A stretch of 64,000 nucleotides of DNA from Lingula anatina (Eukaryota > Animalia > Brachiopoda), in NCBI GenBank assembly GCA_051362555.1, contig CM120645.1, forward strand, positions 20,832,001-20,896,000, written 5' to 3'. The notes beneath the pieces were generated by a model. It searched no databases. It was not told where the DNA came from and worked only from the letters and a program-made list of their open reading frames with translations. Made by a program: the position numbers and the translations under genes. This document shows, piece by piece, positions 36,867 through 50,371 of this stretch. How positions within the stretch are numbered: the first letter of the stretch is position 1; each line of letters begins with the position of its first letter.

Positions 36867-39665
36867 TATAGTTTGAGGAATGCAAAATTATATATATATT
36901 GGTGATTTGTGCCAGATATAAGTTGTTTTGTTAAATGATCTGTTATGTCATACTTGCACACCCTCTAATATCAAGGAGCTTCTAAAATACAAGTAGTATA
37001 CAAAATTTACATGTAGATATGAGCCTCAGTGGGGAACGTCTTATCTGACTGTCTGGTGTAATGAAACTACGCCGCCCTTACCAGCCCCTTAAACGGTGGC
37101 TCAGCAGCAGAGGAGGATAATTACAGGGTTCTGTGTAATCACTCAGGTGGGCTTCTAGAGTAAGTCTAGGGCTTGCTTGACTTGCAGTGCGTAATACAGA
37201 CAGATGTGCGCTACTCATCACCTATACTGTAGGTGTGAAATCGCTCCCCACTGAAAAATACAAAGGGCATGTCTCGTTTTTGGCAAGATTACGTGAAAAA
37301 GCACAGGGTGCGATACAAAAATTGTGCAACATACTACTAGCGCACCCTGCGGTCAGAGAATAATACTTTCCAAGGTGCACCTCTACCTAAACACTATTAA
37401 GGCCCTTGTAAAAACCAACACACTTTTGCTCTCACGATAGTTGTCTGAAATCCATCTCTCAGTAAAAAAAACGTCTAGTAAACGATAGGATATCAGAGTG
37501 AAATGGAACTTGCAGTTCCAAGATACAAGAAACCGCACAACCTAGGAGAAAGTTGGAGACATACAGAAGTAAGGTTAAAATAAGAAAAGCGAGTTGATGA
37601 TGATTCGTGAGACATGTAAGTCGTGAGACATGCAAGACGGATAACACCGTTGTTCTTTTGAAAGGCTTAATTGTTCTGATCCAGGGATTTTTGCTGTAAG
37701 GGGAAAGCTTTTCGAGCAGGAAAAAAAAAACACATCATCCAGGTAACGATGGCGGTTCCAAGATTTGCCAATGGGCACTAAAGATTTTCTTACCTAAAAA
37801 AATAAATAAAATAAATAAATCAAATCAAATAAATAATGATAATAATAATAATAAAATATAAAATAAAAATATCAAAATGGTAGACGAGAGCAATTTGACT
37901 ATAAAACACAGGATCGCGGATGTATGATGACTTGGTTTTTGTCACGTTTCTCTTGGCATGCCGGTTACTCCTTTTTGGGGGCGGGGGGGGGGGGGGTAGG
38001 GGTAGTGGAGGGGTAAAGAGATGGTAAATCCGAAGGGGGGAGGGGGCTGAGAAGGACGTGTCCTGATATGCCCCACCAGAACCCGCCCTAGGCTGATACC
38101 TATTACTGGTTGGCTCTAGTTGTGGAGGAAAGAATGAAGTCAATACAGGAGTAGGTTATCGCTTCCTTCTTATTGCGTGATGTATTTCTCCCACCTCACT
38201 CTAGAACAACTGAAGAATAATGCTTGATATTTTTCAAAGCTTACTCCTCCCTTTTCTTCTGTGTTTACAGTGTGTTTTACTTTGACTCCGCAGCGACTGG
38301 GAAGACACACGCACCTGCTCTTGTTCACACACTTTCCAATATATACCGCAAGGCATTCGTGCTCCCATTTTGAATACGAGAAACTGGTTCAAAGAGAAAT
38401 GCCTTGAAACCTATTTATCATCTGCAGTTATTTCTGCTGGACTAGAGATCCCATATTATGTTACAAACAGGGCAAAGCGGGTTCACATCAATACCATTTA
38501 GTTTCAGTGTAGTTTCTTTGGTTTTTTACTGTCAGCAGTTGTGCATGTGTACCTGTACATGTAGCTGACGGTTTTCAAGAACAGCGCATGGATTTTTAAT
38601 GCTACGATTAGGGTTGCCGTCTGATGCTGTGAGGAACATTTTCATGTTACCAAGACCGTCAGCCATATTTTCTGTGACTTTTTAGATTATAAGTTCACGT
38701 GCTGTTATCGTTCTTAGACGTCAAAGGGACAAAGTGAGTATTAGACTTTAATATGACCAAAATATCAATTTGCATTTGTAAGCTGGTTGGAGGGGGGGGG
38801 GGGGGGGGGGGGGCGTTACGCCCTAAGGCGTTTTTGGAAAAGAAATGACGATCTTCATCCCCGGGGGTGTGCTGGAAAAGTCCATCATTTTTCGGATTTT
38901 TATATTTTTGATTTGTAATCTCCAAAGGGATGATCGAGGAGTGGGGATCTGGATAAAGGCTTCTCATTGTAGACTTGAGAAAATGATGATAAAGTTGATG
39001 ACCCCATAATTACCAAGGTGCAAAACACCATACATGTGTCTCAAACCGTTGCCAAAAAAAGCGATCTATAAAGCAGTTTTTGAGTCACTGCCGTAATGGA
39101 GATGGACACTAGTGAATTGCACTTGTAACGTTACAAACATGTTTTCAAAAACTGGTTTCTTGAGCGTTGTCTTCTCACAGTTTTGGTGGGGTAAATTCAT
39201 GGTTGCTCTTCTACGCAAAATGTGATTAATATTTTATTCGCATTCTTTTTGTTTATTCATTTGTCTATTAAGTAATTTGTTTAGTTGTTAGTTTGTCGTG
39301 TAAAGGTCTTGTGTGCGTGCTAATTACTTAATGTCTCCGTACACACAATATTCCTTTAAACTGATCAAAACATCGATTTTTCATCAGTAAAGCAATCACC
39401 CTGCACTTCCTCTTCAATTCAGCTCACTGCAGTCATGAAATGATATGGGAACCTGCATTCGATTGCTTCATGTACTAATTTTCTGTATTTCATGCATTTA
39501 AATTTACTCCCAACACAGGCTTACCTGTAAAGTATACCCTCCGATAGGGGTCTCTGCTGTAAAATCAAACAAAAAACTTCTCAACCTAACAAATGTCAGA
39601 TACCCCTTTAGTAAGTTACCGTGTGCAAAGTGCGTAAAGTTCTGTTTGTGAAATCGCTTTAACCA

Positions 39666-39709
<44 letters not shown>

Positions 39710-41241
39710 CGCACATAAACGCACGCACACTCACCCACACACACGAACGTAACACTGCCTTATTCTACCGGTATTCAATCATTCAAGTAACTAGATGCAT
39801 AAAAATTTCCATTTCATTGTATACTGCAGTTGAATAATGCATGCGCGCAAAATCCTATACTGGTTGAATGGCGCCAAAACTGCGACACGAAACGTCGTGT
39901 GTTTTCATGTTGCACTGCCAGTACGATAACAGGTGACGTGGGCTAGCGCCTACCAGACATTAGCAGTCAAATCTGCGACACCGGTTCCGACGTTGATTCC
40001 TAAAGCAGTTTTGAGGTACGTCGAGCACACATTAGGCATATGTTGTAAAATATTTATCATCACCAACTACATGTACGTTGTAATTATGTTAGGTTTTCAT
40101 TGACCGTAAATTATTAGGATTAAGGGTAATTCAATTGTTAAAAAAACAATGAAGTTATTGAGCGTTAGTATCATTTTGTAAGCAGTCAACTAGTGCAGCA
40201 TTTGTTTTTATACATGTACATGGGAAGGGTGGATAGACAAGAGAAAGAAAAAAACGAAGATCGAAGATCGAGTCGCCCAAGGGAAACTCCAGTATTGCGA
40301 TTGGTTTCCGCCATATCCGGCCTCGTTTTTCTCCCCCCTTTTTACATCCGCCCTGAGTTTGAAAACTCACTGGAAACTCTCCTTTTTTACCAGAAACATT
40401 TGCTGCTCATTTAATACGGAGACGACATGCTGGTATTAATGGAGAGAAATTCAGGGTGAAAAAAGAGGAGTGTATATACACTACATGGAGTATATGTAAC
40501 ATACATGAAAACTTCATATCAGCCCATAAATGCTTCATACAAGCCCATAAATATTTGTGAAGCCGTCATTTAGATAAGACGAGAACAATGAGGTATGCCC
40601 TGAGTGTCAGGGCACAGGCACAGCTAGCTTGCTCACTATATATCTTTTCATGTGGTAGCTTTACACTGTTGATATGGGTTACATATGAAATCAAGATCGA
40701 GCAGGCAATACTGAAATCTAGAAGCTATGGTATGAGGTAATGCCTCGATATAAAAAGAAGTCTAACAATTATTTGCTTATGAGGTAAGACAGTTACTTCA
40801 GCCTAACATGATAAGGAAGTTGGATAAGTGCTTCAGTTTAGGATTAAAAGTGAAAGCCGCAGGCTTTCAAGGGGAACCGCACTGCAATATATAGGCTATA
40901 CCTCAACTAAATGGTACCACCCGGAAAGAAAAAAATGTTTGTAAGTGAGATAAATTATATACTTGTCTTGCACCATCTCTGTGACTTGAACAGGTTTAAC
41001 CAATGTTTCAAAAATGATAATAAATGAATAACCTTACCGAAAGGGCGAGGGCGCCAAGATAGACACGCACCGCGGACGGAAGTAGCTTCCGTTGGTTGGT
41101 ACCATCATTGCATTCCTATATAGAGATCATTCGCATCCATGGTACATCTACTATACATGTTTGTGAGTCAGTTAAAATATACGGGGAGTGGGGGTATTAT
41201 GTCGTTACTAATCCCAAACTCAGATAGATGGGGAGCTTATA

Positions 41242-41432
41242 TACCCTCTACCAGGGCCCCAGGTTTTGTTCTGTGGACTTGTCTCTGTCACGGCTGCAGA
41301 AAAGTCCCAGCATTTAACTAGAGATATAATGCTGGGACTTTTCTGCAGCCGTGACAGAACACGTCCACAGATCAAAATCTGTGAATATCTCGTGAAAAAT
41401 CAATTTGTTAACTTTTGGCCTGGTAGAGGGTA
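41242..41432. mobile_element. MITE, TACCCTCTACCAGG family, with a perfect internal 31-bp hairpin
   Basis: TA-flanked TIR and internal inverted repeat 41284-41314 / 41328-41358. Confidence 0.8.
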
Positions 41433-44400
41433 TGGGAAGCTTATCCTGGTAAGGGTGGAACCATTATCTGTGACAGAGATCGTATGGTATAAAGAGTAAA
41501 AACACCGTCTGTATTTAAATCCCAGGGTAACAAACTTCGTTTGCTGGATAATATGGGACCCTCTGTTCTCTGGAAATCAAAGTTAAGTACAGGTACCACA
41601 CGCATTGGGTATAGGGTAGATAATTTATCATAAACCATCATTAATATTCCGAAACCCAGGGTGTATGTTGGTTGAAACTGCACCATCTGAAACTCAGGGT
41701 AGCTCTGGCCGGCAGTGCACCATTTTTTTTTTTAGTTAATCGATATTTTCCTCTCAGGAACAAGCTTAAAGCAGCAAATGTAAGCTTTAAAAAGCCTCCT
41801 TCTGCCATTATACTAAGGGTGCCACTTATCAGCCACTGTAGTCTTAGATGAAATTATGAAATGGGTCTGGGGATAAATTTTACTGGTTTGTTATTGTTTA
41901 TCTGATAGCTATGCGCTTACCAAGTGATCGAGATGTGTTTTAATCGACTCAGAAGCTCTGGGAAATATCATGCTCTGGGCAGATAAAAATAATCAGTGGC
42001 ATTTTCACCTGTTTTAAACGTGTGTGCAATATAATATCTCTTGGATATAGTGTTCTGAATGAATGGAAAAGGTTAGGTAAATGCTTGGATTTGAGGGAAA
42101 TATGACACGAAAAGGGATTCGCCATCCCACACGTTTGTAACGTTCTGTGTATCAAATATCCAGGAATACGAGAATATTAAAGATGCATACAAAGTCCATT
42201 TTTGTCACAAAAATCGACCAAATGCCAGCATGCAGTTTCAAGTAGTACATGTGTATAACTAAGAGAATTACCAAAAGGCATTGTTTAATTTTACCCAAAA
42301 ATGATGTTCGAACGGATTTTTCTGCTAGCATTCTATGCTGTGTGTCAATGGGGCAAAAAAGTAGGTCACGAAAGTAGGTTAAATTTCCGACCAAAAATTT
42401 AAAGAAAGGAGCAGTCAAAAGCTCATTTATGGCTGATCGAGTGATCTATTCAGTTTAGCCCTTGGCATGTCGAATTTATTTGAGTCGTATAAGAAACTAA
42501 CAAAAGTGGTTTACATGTGTTACTGGGAATCCACGCTCCACCGATGCTCGGTTCGTATGTACCTTTATGAGGTTTTGTTTCACTGTTTTTCAGTAAGACA
42601 GGCTTATTTGTAATAGCTTCAGCCATTTTGAAATGACCATCATAGTTAAAAAGGCAAGGTGGCTGCAATTTCATGAATCTTTAGTAAAGCTTTTAGATCT
42701 GGTGGATAAAAAAGTATTTTAGACGACATGTCTCTTTCCTTAATTTTTAATAATGCCATCTCAAGGTATTTTCAGAAGAATTTTAGATTTAATGCCGTGG
42801 TGTGAATTTGTGCTTTTCCATTTGTTTTTCTGATGAGAAAACAGGCCATTTGAAAGTTTATTCATGCTTGTTTCGTTTGAACAGCACAAGGTCAAGGTCA
42901 CACAAGATGCGACAGGTTCTGACAATATAGAACTCATCCATTATTTATCTCTTATCCACCCATCCTTTCAGACGAGATGTTGGTTTTGCATGCAAGTGTC
43001 GTCTGTTTAAAAAACATATTTGATAAAATCAAAGTTTGCAAAGATCTTTTAAAATCTGTTCCATGCGTTTTGGTGACGACGGAAGGCGTTTTTTTTCTAT
43101 TCGCGCCTTCATTATTTCCTTGCTACATTTTTTACCCTGGTGACAAAAAATATGAACAACTATAAACATCAATAACTTATCTTCTCATTTTTCAAAAACA
43201 AAAGGTCTTTTTTATTCCAGGTTCCTCTCATCTGAGAGCTTTGGAACTATTCATCTTCCTTTTTTTTTTATCTCTCTCCCATCAATTCAGGCAGACCAAA
43301 ATCCCTAATGAGTATTGTATTTCAACATGATTGGCTTTCTGAAAAATGAAAAGATGAACCGATGTATAGGTATTTTTGTGCATACAGCGGCGTTCGTATA
43401 TGTTCATATATATATTATCGTATATACCATCCACCACAGCATTTCTTCGTTAAATCAAGCCAACGAGAGATGTGGATTATATTCAGTGGAAAGGTGCCAC
43501 GTGATAAAACATTACGGCTTCCGTCATCATAAAAATCTAATATCCGTTTCTGTGTTAATATGGTGTGTCCACGTTGAGTAAGTGATAAACAGGGACGATA
43601 AACCCTTTTCTTATCAATCGAAAAAACATGTCATTGGATAAGTGAAAATTACTTTTTTTTACTGAGGCATTAATTGTTATTGTAAAAAAGGTAGCATTGC
43701 TCGTACGCCACGGTTCAGAAGCTTGATATGATATTTCAGGCGAACAATACGTTGCCGCACATATTTTGGATTAAACAAGACAAAATAAAAATAAAAAATA
43801 AGTCATTGTTGCTTTTTTGCCGTCAGAGTAAAAAAAGTAACACGGGACATTTTTAAAGGTGTGTATAGGCTAAACGGCGAACCCTTTCTGTTCCGTCTTC
43901 TGTAAAACGCATGGCACAGACTATACGAGATCCTCGCAAACCTCATTTTATTAAATATTTCATTTCTTAAAATTCTGTCATTTCTTTTTCCAGACACAAG
44001 CAAATGGCATTGCCATGTATCCTTATATATTCCCAACAGCTCGTCTGAAAGCCAGCCGCCGGCTCCTCTTTTCAGACGATAAGACTTATTTGTTTTATTC
44101 TGCAGTCGTCTGCCAGCCTCCAATAGAAATTGTCTTTGACTGGAACAACATTACCTATACGCTGGAGAATGCTCAGTGAATGATTGCGGACGGATTACAA
44201 ACCCATGTTACTAATAGACAATCCCTTTGCGATTTGCTACATAACTTTCATTCATAACTACGCCATACTACGAGCTTACTATAATTACACAACTCTGGGT
44301 CATAAGTCGCTCAATAGGCCAAGGACGGTGATAATGAGGAGACGAAATAGCCTCCAAAGTATTGTCTTATTTCATTTTGCTGAACAAAACTTCTGCGACC

Positions 44401-46576
44401 ATCGATTTTCTCCACAACACCGAGTCTAAATGCTGTTATCCAATGGCCTTGATTTCAAATGCATTTGTGGAATTATTTCAGTTATGGAATTAAGTTCAGG
44501 GTGGATGTTGTTATGTAAATTCACTGACAAACACGCATTCCGATATGGAAGGATGTACAGATAATAGGCACAACATGCAAGTAACCAGATACCGCAAAAG
44601 AATCGAAAGGCATTTCTAAGTAATTCATTTTTATCATTAACGAAAATCACATCGCTTGGAATCAGCGCTTGGAATCAGCAATGCGCGAAAGACAAAATGA
44701 ATGAGAGAGGATTTCAGGCAGCAATTCTGGAAATTATAATATGCACATCTGCGTTTATCCAGATTTCAACAGGGGCATACGTAATCGAAGTTAACGCGTT
44801 ACGCACCTGTTATAAACAACAGGGTTAGAACGTGGGGGGATTGAAGACACTTCAAAGAAAACCCAGCAATAAGAAAGCAATTGTTTCGAGAAAAAGTCGT
44901 TCTACTCTTTTGCTGTAGGGTGAAGAAATTCCATTAAATACTGAACAGGAAAGACTTGGGGGGAATTGAGGAAATTGACTTAAAGAATATTTTTGTAAAG
45001 ATATCCGCCTTGCGATATGGATCGCCGTCGTATTCCATTCACTGGAGAACAAAATACTTGCACAAAATATCGACAACGTAAAACTGTTCTGTTTCCGTAA
45101 CCTGCGAGTCTTTTAATTCTTAGAGAAAAAGCAGGGAACATCGACCAGCAAAAATACAAACATTTCAAAGTAGACCCATTGTCTACTGCCTGACCATCCC
45201 ATGTTATCTAAAATAGACCCCTTTGAGCGAAATGTATCCTTTGAGCGAAATGTATCCAGTATTTTCAGGATACTTAAATGACGAACATTGAATTGTAAGG
45301 ACACAGTAAACAATTCTTGGAATTAACCTTATTGTTGTTTGAATAAAACATCTTTTGGGGGGCGTGACAGGCAGAATCTGCTTTCAGAGAAACTGGCCAT
45401 TTCATTTTAAATGATATCTGAGATCTTTGAAAAATTGGATTGGACATTACTCGCACTAGCACCAGCGGGATTCATTCACAGAAATATGTGTGAAGCTGTT
45501 GGAACAGGGCTGGTGGCATTTGAAAACAGAGTTAGGCCGTGATCTGCTTCGTTCACCGAATACCAACTCGATTCTCAAACCTCCGTTCAACAACTGATAA
45601 AACAACGCTTGGAATATTCAACCAATCAAATAGCATGTCATCAAATTTTTATGGCGTTTTGTTCAAGGTCTTTGACAATCTGTTATGCGATAGGCGGTCA
45701 TAAGTTCAACATACAGCTTTCTACTCCGTGTCATTAGACAATAACATTGGCATATTAATTCGAGACGAAGCCTATGAACGTTGAGCCGTATTAAATATAG
45801 CGGATCCATGTCAACGGCGAGTCCCCTGTGACACGCATTGAAATCGAGAGCGAAAGCAACAGGAGGTAAATTGATGGACAGTTTTGTTTTTCCGATGTAT
45901 GTTCAGTATAAGATTCAATAAAGGGAGAGATCACACGGTGGCAATAAGCAAGGGCACCGGAATATATGAATTCTAGTCACTGCGTTGAACTGATTGTACC
46001 GTTAAGTGCAGAAAGGTGAGGCGACCACCTGACGCTAAACTAGGCGTGTATTGAACTACTGCATTTAAACGCAGTGTCAGAAGAGGATCGCGTTTAGAAA
46101 TGAGAAATCGAAATCGCTCGGAGCGTTCAGTTGCCTTTTCGGTGTCTGTTTCAATGCGCTGTAGGATTTGCACCGCATTATAGATACACCAAGCAACGTC
46201 TGAAAAGCGTGGTCAAGGACCGCGTTTAATGCCTGTTGGATCTGATATTAACATTTTTCCTAGACGATTGACAGCTGTGAATATCACTTGCGTTTGCCAT
46301 TTAAGGTTTATTAAGCTGAACCACCTGACAGTTGCCTTTAACACGAAAGATCGATGTACCGTGGAATAACCAAGGCATGTGCGGAGATACAGTGCTTCTT
46401 TGGGTTTGAACATTTAAGCATTTAAAGCTGCAAAGTGGACCTTGGTGCCCTTGGAACCAGTCAAGCGTAAACTCGATCGAAATGAATATGGCGATCAGTG
46501 TTTGGAACAATTCATCAAATTAATCAAATCCTGATTAAAAAAAATAGGAATTGCACTCGGATTTATCGTGTCGCCA

Positions 46577-47926
46577 ATGGCGGTTCCAGACGCGGTAAGT
46601 GACCACATTAAGAAGGTTGCAGTGGACGGCATATACACAACCGAAGTCATGCACCTCCTGAACCGGACAGTAATAGAATTAACGACGCACATGGTCAACA
46701 CGGCGCCAAACTGTGGGTCAACTAGGGGATACCACGCCATGGTGTCAACTGCCCAAGAGGGACCCTGGATGACCGAAACGACCCATGATTATGATGGGAA
46801 CTGTTCCGTTGGTGGCTCGATGGAAGAGATGGCGTATAACACAGCGCGCTATCCATTCCTTCACTTCCTTCACAATTTCCGACTGTACTTCACCCCGACT
46901 GTGGTGATTCTGGGTTTCATCGGAAACCTCATGTCATTCCTGGTGTTCACCTGCACCCACCTTCAGCGACTTTCGTCCAGTGTCTATCTTGCCGCGCTCG
47001 CCATTTCGGACGAGGCTTTTCTTATCCTGCTCCTTATGACACAGTGGTTACTGGACCTTAAGATTAACCTGTTCTACTCGCAGGGATGGTGCCAGGCGAG
47101 TATATATTTAACATACATATTCAGTTTTCTCTCCGTGTGGTACGTTGTGGCTTTCACCACGGAGCGGTACATTGCGGTGCGGTTCCCCTTAAAGCGACCC
47201 GAAATGTGCACTGTGGCGCGAGCCAAAATTGTGGTCCTATCTCTGGCGGGGTTCGCCGCCGTGTTTTATTTGCTCACTCTATGGACTAACGGGGTTGAGG
47301 ACGGAGTCTGCAAGCCCCTGGACGGATATTCCGAGCTCAATAAGGGGTTCATTTACACGGATACCGTACTGACTTTTGTCATCCCAAGCGTCGTGCTCAT
47401 ATACATGAATATTCGAATTGCTATAAAGGTGGCTTATTTCTATAGTAAACGGAAGGAATCCGATGCACGAATTATTGTCGAGCAATTCACGTTCAACAAC
47501 AGGTGCGTGAAACACCCTCATCCGGTAATAGGATCCCCTACAAGACGGTCGCAAGAGTCACAGATGAAGATTACAAAAATGCTGTTAGTGGTTTCAACTG
47601 TGTTCCTGTTCTTAAATCTCCCCAGCCACGGGATAAGGATTTACGTCCTCATAATGTTATACGCCAACGGCGGGCAACACAGTGGCACACAAATGGAATA
47701 CGTTCTACAGTACGTCTTTCAGTTCTTGTATTATATCAATTTTGCGGTGAACTTCTTTCTTTACTGCATTACGGGGAGGAATTTCAGACGTGCGTTTGGG
47801 AGGTTGGCGGGAAAGTTCAGGTATAAAACTGTACGTTTTTTCAGCCACGTGAGTACCAGTCTACGAAGGCGGTCTACGCGAACGAGATCCACGCCGCTTC
47901 CAGATCCGGGTGATCTGCATGTATGA
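46577..47926 (+). CDS. Class A (rhodopsin-like) neuropeptide GPCR, FMRFamide-receptor-like clade, most like the CNMamide receptor; intronless CDS
   Basis: 449 aa from the first ATG at 46577 (the track's 46568 start is GTG). Seven hydrophobic segments with GN (TM1), LAALAISD (TM2), ERY (TM3), LNLP (TM6) and NFAVNFFLY (TM7). N-terminal sequons NRT and NCS. Confidence 0.95.
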   Translation: MAVPDAVSDHIKKVAVDGIYTTEVMHLLNRTVIELTTHMVNTAPNCGSTRGYHAMVSTAQEGPWMTETTHDYDGNCSVGGSMEEMAYNTARYPFLHFLHNFRLYFTPTVVILGFIGNLMSFLVFTCTHLQRLSSSVYLAALAISDEAFLILLLMTQWLLDLKINLFYSQGWCQASIYLTYIFSFLSVWYVVAFTTERYIAVRFPLKRPEMCTVARAKIVVLSLAGFAAVFYLLTLWTNGVEDGVCKPLDGYSELNKGFIYTDTVLTFVIPSVVLIYMNIRIAIKVAYFYSKRKESDARIIVEQFTFNNRCVKHPHPVIGSPTRRSQESQMKITKMLLVVSTVFLFLNLPSHGIRIYVLIMLYANGGQHSGTQMEYVLQYVFQFLYYINFAVNFFLYCITGRNFRRAFGRLAGKFRYKTVRFFSHVSTSLRRRSTRTRSTPLPDPGDLHV

Positions 47927-49339
47927 TAAACTGTTATACATGCACGCCTGTACGCTCACGTAGTCCTATATATTCATAGAGAGACACAAAAACTGATCTG
48001 TTCCATATTTATACTATCTGAACCTTATTCAGATGCAGTTTATTTCAATATCTACTACGATACAAAAGCATCCAAAAATACCCCACAACAACGTGCATAC
48101 ACTCACACACCCATACACATACTCACATAAGGGCATGGTATTTTTTTTCATTTTTATACGTCTTCTCTTAATTGGTGGATGATAGAGCTTAGGCCAAACA
48201 AGTGATATTTTTAACTGTGTTTTATTTTCTTTTTGTAAAGCCGTTGTAAAATTACACAAAATTACACAGTAAGGTTATACTGGTATATATACAAATTGTT
48301 TGTAATATATTTATATAGATATCGCGCACACATAGGCGCGGGGTTATTACAAGTTACACATTGATATGGCCGTCTATATTATAGGGGTTTGACGTTAACA
48401 CTCACATTAAAACATGTGGTTTGTAAATAGCATACCCGAATCTTGTTTTGCCGCTGTATCACATGCATTTAAAAACGGGATAAAGTCCAACGCTCACTAG
48501 AAGCTTCGAGCGAGCCACCGACTTTGCGACTATTGGGTATCATGTAGTAATAATACCGGTAGCTAAGCTTATAGATTTTAGTGTGCACCGGGAATAACGA
48601 TACACTATTATTTATATTTGCTGTGCCTTAACACTATCTGTAATAATAAACGGGTGCATTTGACGAGTATTTTTTCTAATTTCAGATCAGAAGTATTTTG
48701 GGTGATTAATAGAGTCAGCCAAAAATAAACGTTAATCGTAAAAAATGTTAAAGAAATGAAAATCTCGACAATTTGCTTATGCCACCCCCAAAGGGAAAAA
48801 AAGAAGAGAAAAGAAAGAAACAAGCGCTCTCTGTGGAATATCTTATTTACTGTTTTACAAATAGGTTGCAAAAGAACAATAAAAGATGCCTACAAACCGC
48901 CTGCCTCATCATTTCTGACATTTAAGGGTGGTGGTGGGGGGTGGGGGGGATAGCAAATTATATTACCTGGTAATTGACAAGCAGCATTGGCCAAGGAATC
49001 CATTAATTGTTGATTATTACACCCATTGTTGTTATTTAATATATTTATTATTACATATGGAAATAAACAGTTTTAATACGTAAAATTAAAATTCTATTTG
49101 CACAAAATTTATCGCGATGACCTTTATACTTTACTTCAATATCCATATATTATGTCTTTTTGACCGGTGTGACAAGAACGGTAGTCCGCTAGGAACCGTA
49201 GTCCGTTTTCCATTAATTTATATGGTGACTTTCGTCCCATAAACTAATCCCAATACTCCGACTAACCTTTACCTGAACGAATCATATGGGACCACGGACT
49301 ACAATGCTAGTCACACTAGGACACTTAAAAGTATTGAAT

Positions 49340-49582
49340 GGGTCATCTCACAGAAAAGGGGGCATTTGAGTCACGTCATTGACGCACATATTTTGCGTAA
49401 TATTTGCATAATTTTAACTTACACCATGTTTTTTGCTCTTTTATACTTCAATGCCGTCCAATATGTAAAGAAATCGACACTAATATTAAGTTAACATACA
49501 AAGGTTATGCAAATTAATATGTATTAAAATGTATGCGTCAATGAAGTGAGATAAATGTTCACTTTATTTTTTGTAATGACCC
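49340..49582. mobile_element. MITE with long imperfect TIRs
   Basis: GGGTCAT...CATTGACGCA..ATTTGCATAA mirrored by TTATGCAAAT..TGCGTCAATG...ATGACCC. Confidence 0.65.
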
Positions 49583-50317
49583 TTACATAATACATTTTAA
49601 ACCACATTTCATCAAATTCTTTTATAATAGGGGAAAAATGTGAATGTACGCACATCAGCATTGCCACCTATATACCTGATTTTTAACGAAGCAGAACGAC
49701 AAACTGCCTTAGGTGTTTTATTGGATTTTTCAGCTCCCTATTCTATTAGGAATTATATTTATATCACTTTGAAAATGACGGAAAAAGGTGAATGGACACG
49801 CGTTTTTGTAAACTGTTGCATGTCACTACTTTCAAAGAAAAAAATGCATTAATAACGTACACTACAGTCACTTTTTACGCTACTTTTTTTATGTTCTTTC
49901 TTTAGGGTAAAGCTTTTATAAACCTCATAGTCTGCACATTTCATTTCTAATACCTGCACCAGATACAATGACAGACGTAGTGCCCTTTTCTCTTCATTGT
50001 TTCTTTCTTTGTAACCTGAAACATCTTTAAGTGGAATTACATGTACGTTTTATAATGTCTTCATAAAGGAAAAAGGAGACATGCGAACAATGGATAAGAT
50101 ATGAGCCGTTTACTAATGGTGTTGTTGTTAAATGCTATCTCGTTGTTAAACGGACTTGGAGCAGCTGAATGGATCGGCCTGTCATTGGGGAAAAGATTTA
50201 CACTAAGGGCGAGCTAAAATGATTGTTTGCACAGCACCAGATGATCATGAATAGCTCATCTCTGTACTGCACTGATGTATTTGAATCACACCTGAATTGC
50301 GATTACCTGTTTTACGT

Positions 50318-50318
<1 letters not shown>

Positions 50319-50370
<52 letters not shown>
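50319..50370. repeat. (TAT)n microsatellite
   Basis: Read directly. Similar tracts at 6993-7031 and 61957-62013. GT/GA/CA/CT tracts at ~4507, 11163, 12395, 12480, 21512, 32737, 39670 and 56284. Confidence 0.95.

Positions 50371-50371
<1 letters not shown>

Noticed and set aside
37976-38047. G-quadruplex-forming tract
   Set aside because: Poly-G/C runs occur throughout the window and nothing singles this one out.
13300-46500. Dozens of 60-160 aa ORFs in the track
   Set aside because: Low-complexity or microsatellite-derived, often with non-ATG starts. No recognisable domains and no consistent splice chain.
46568-46576. GPCR start at 46568 as given in the track
   Set aside because: That codon is GTG. 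The first ATG is 46577, and later in-frame ATGs are also possible.
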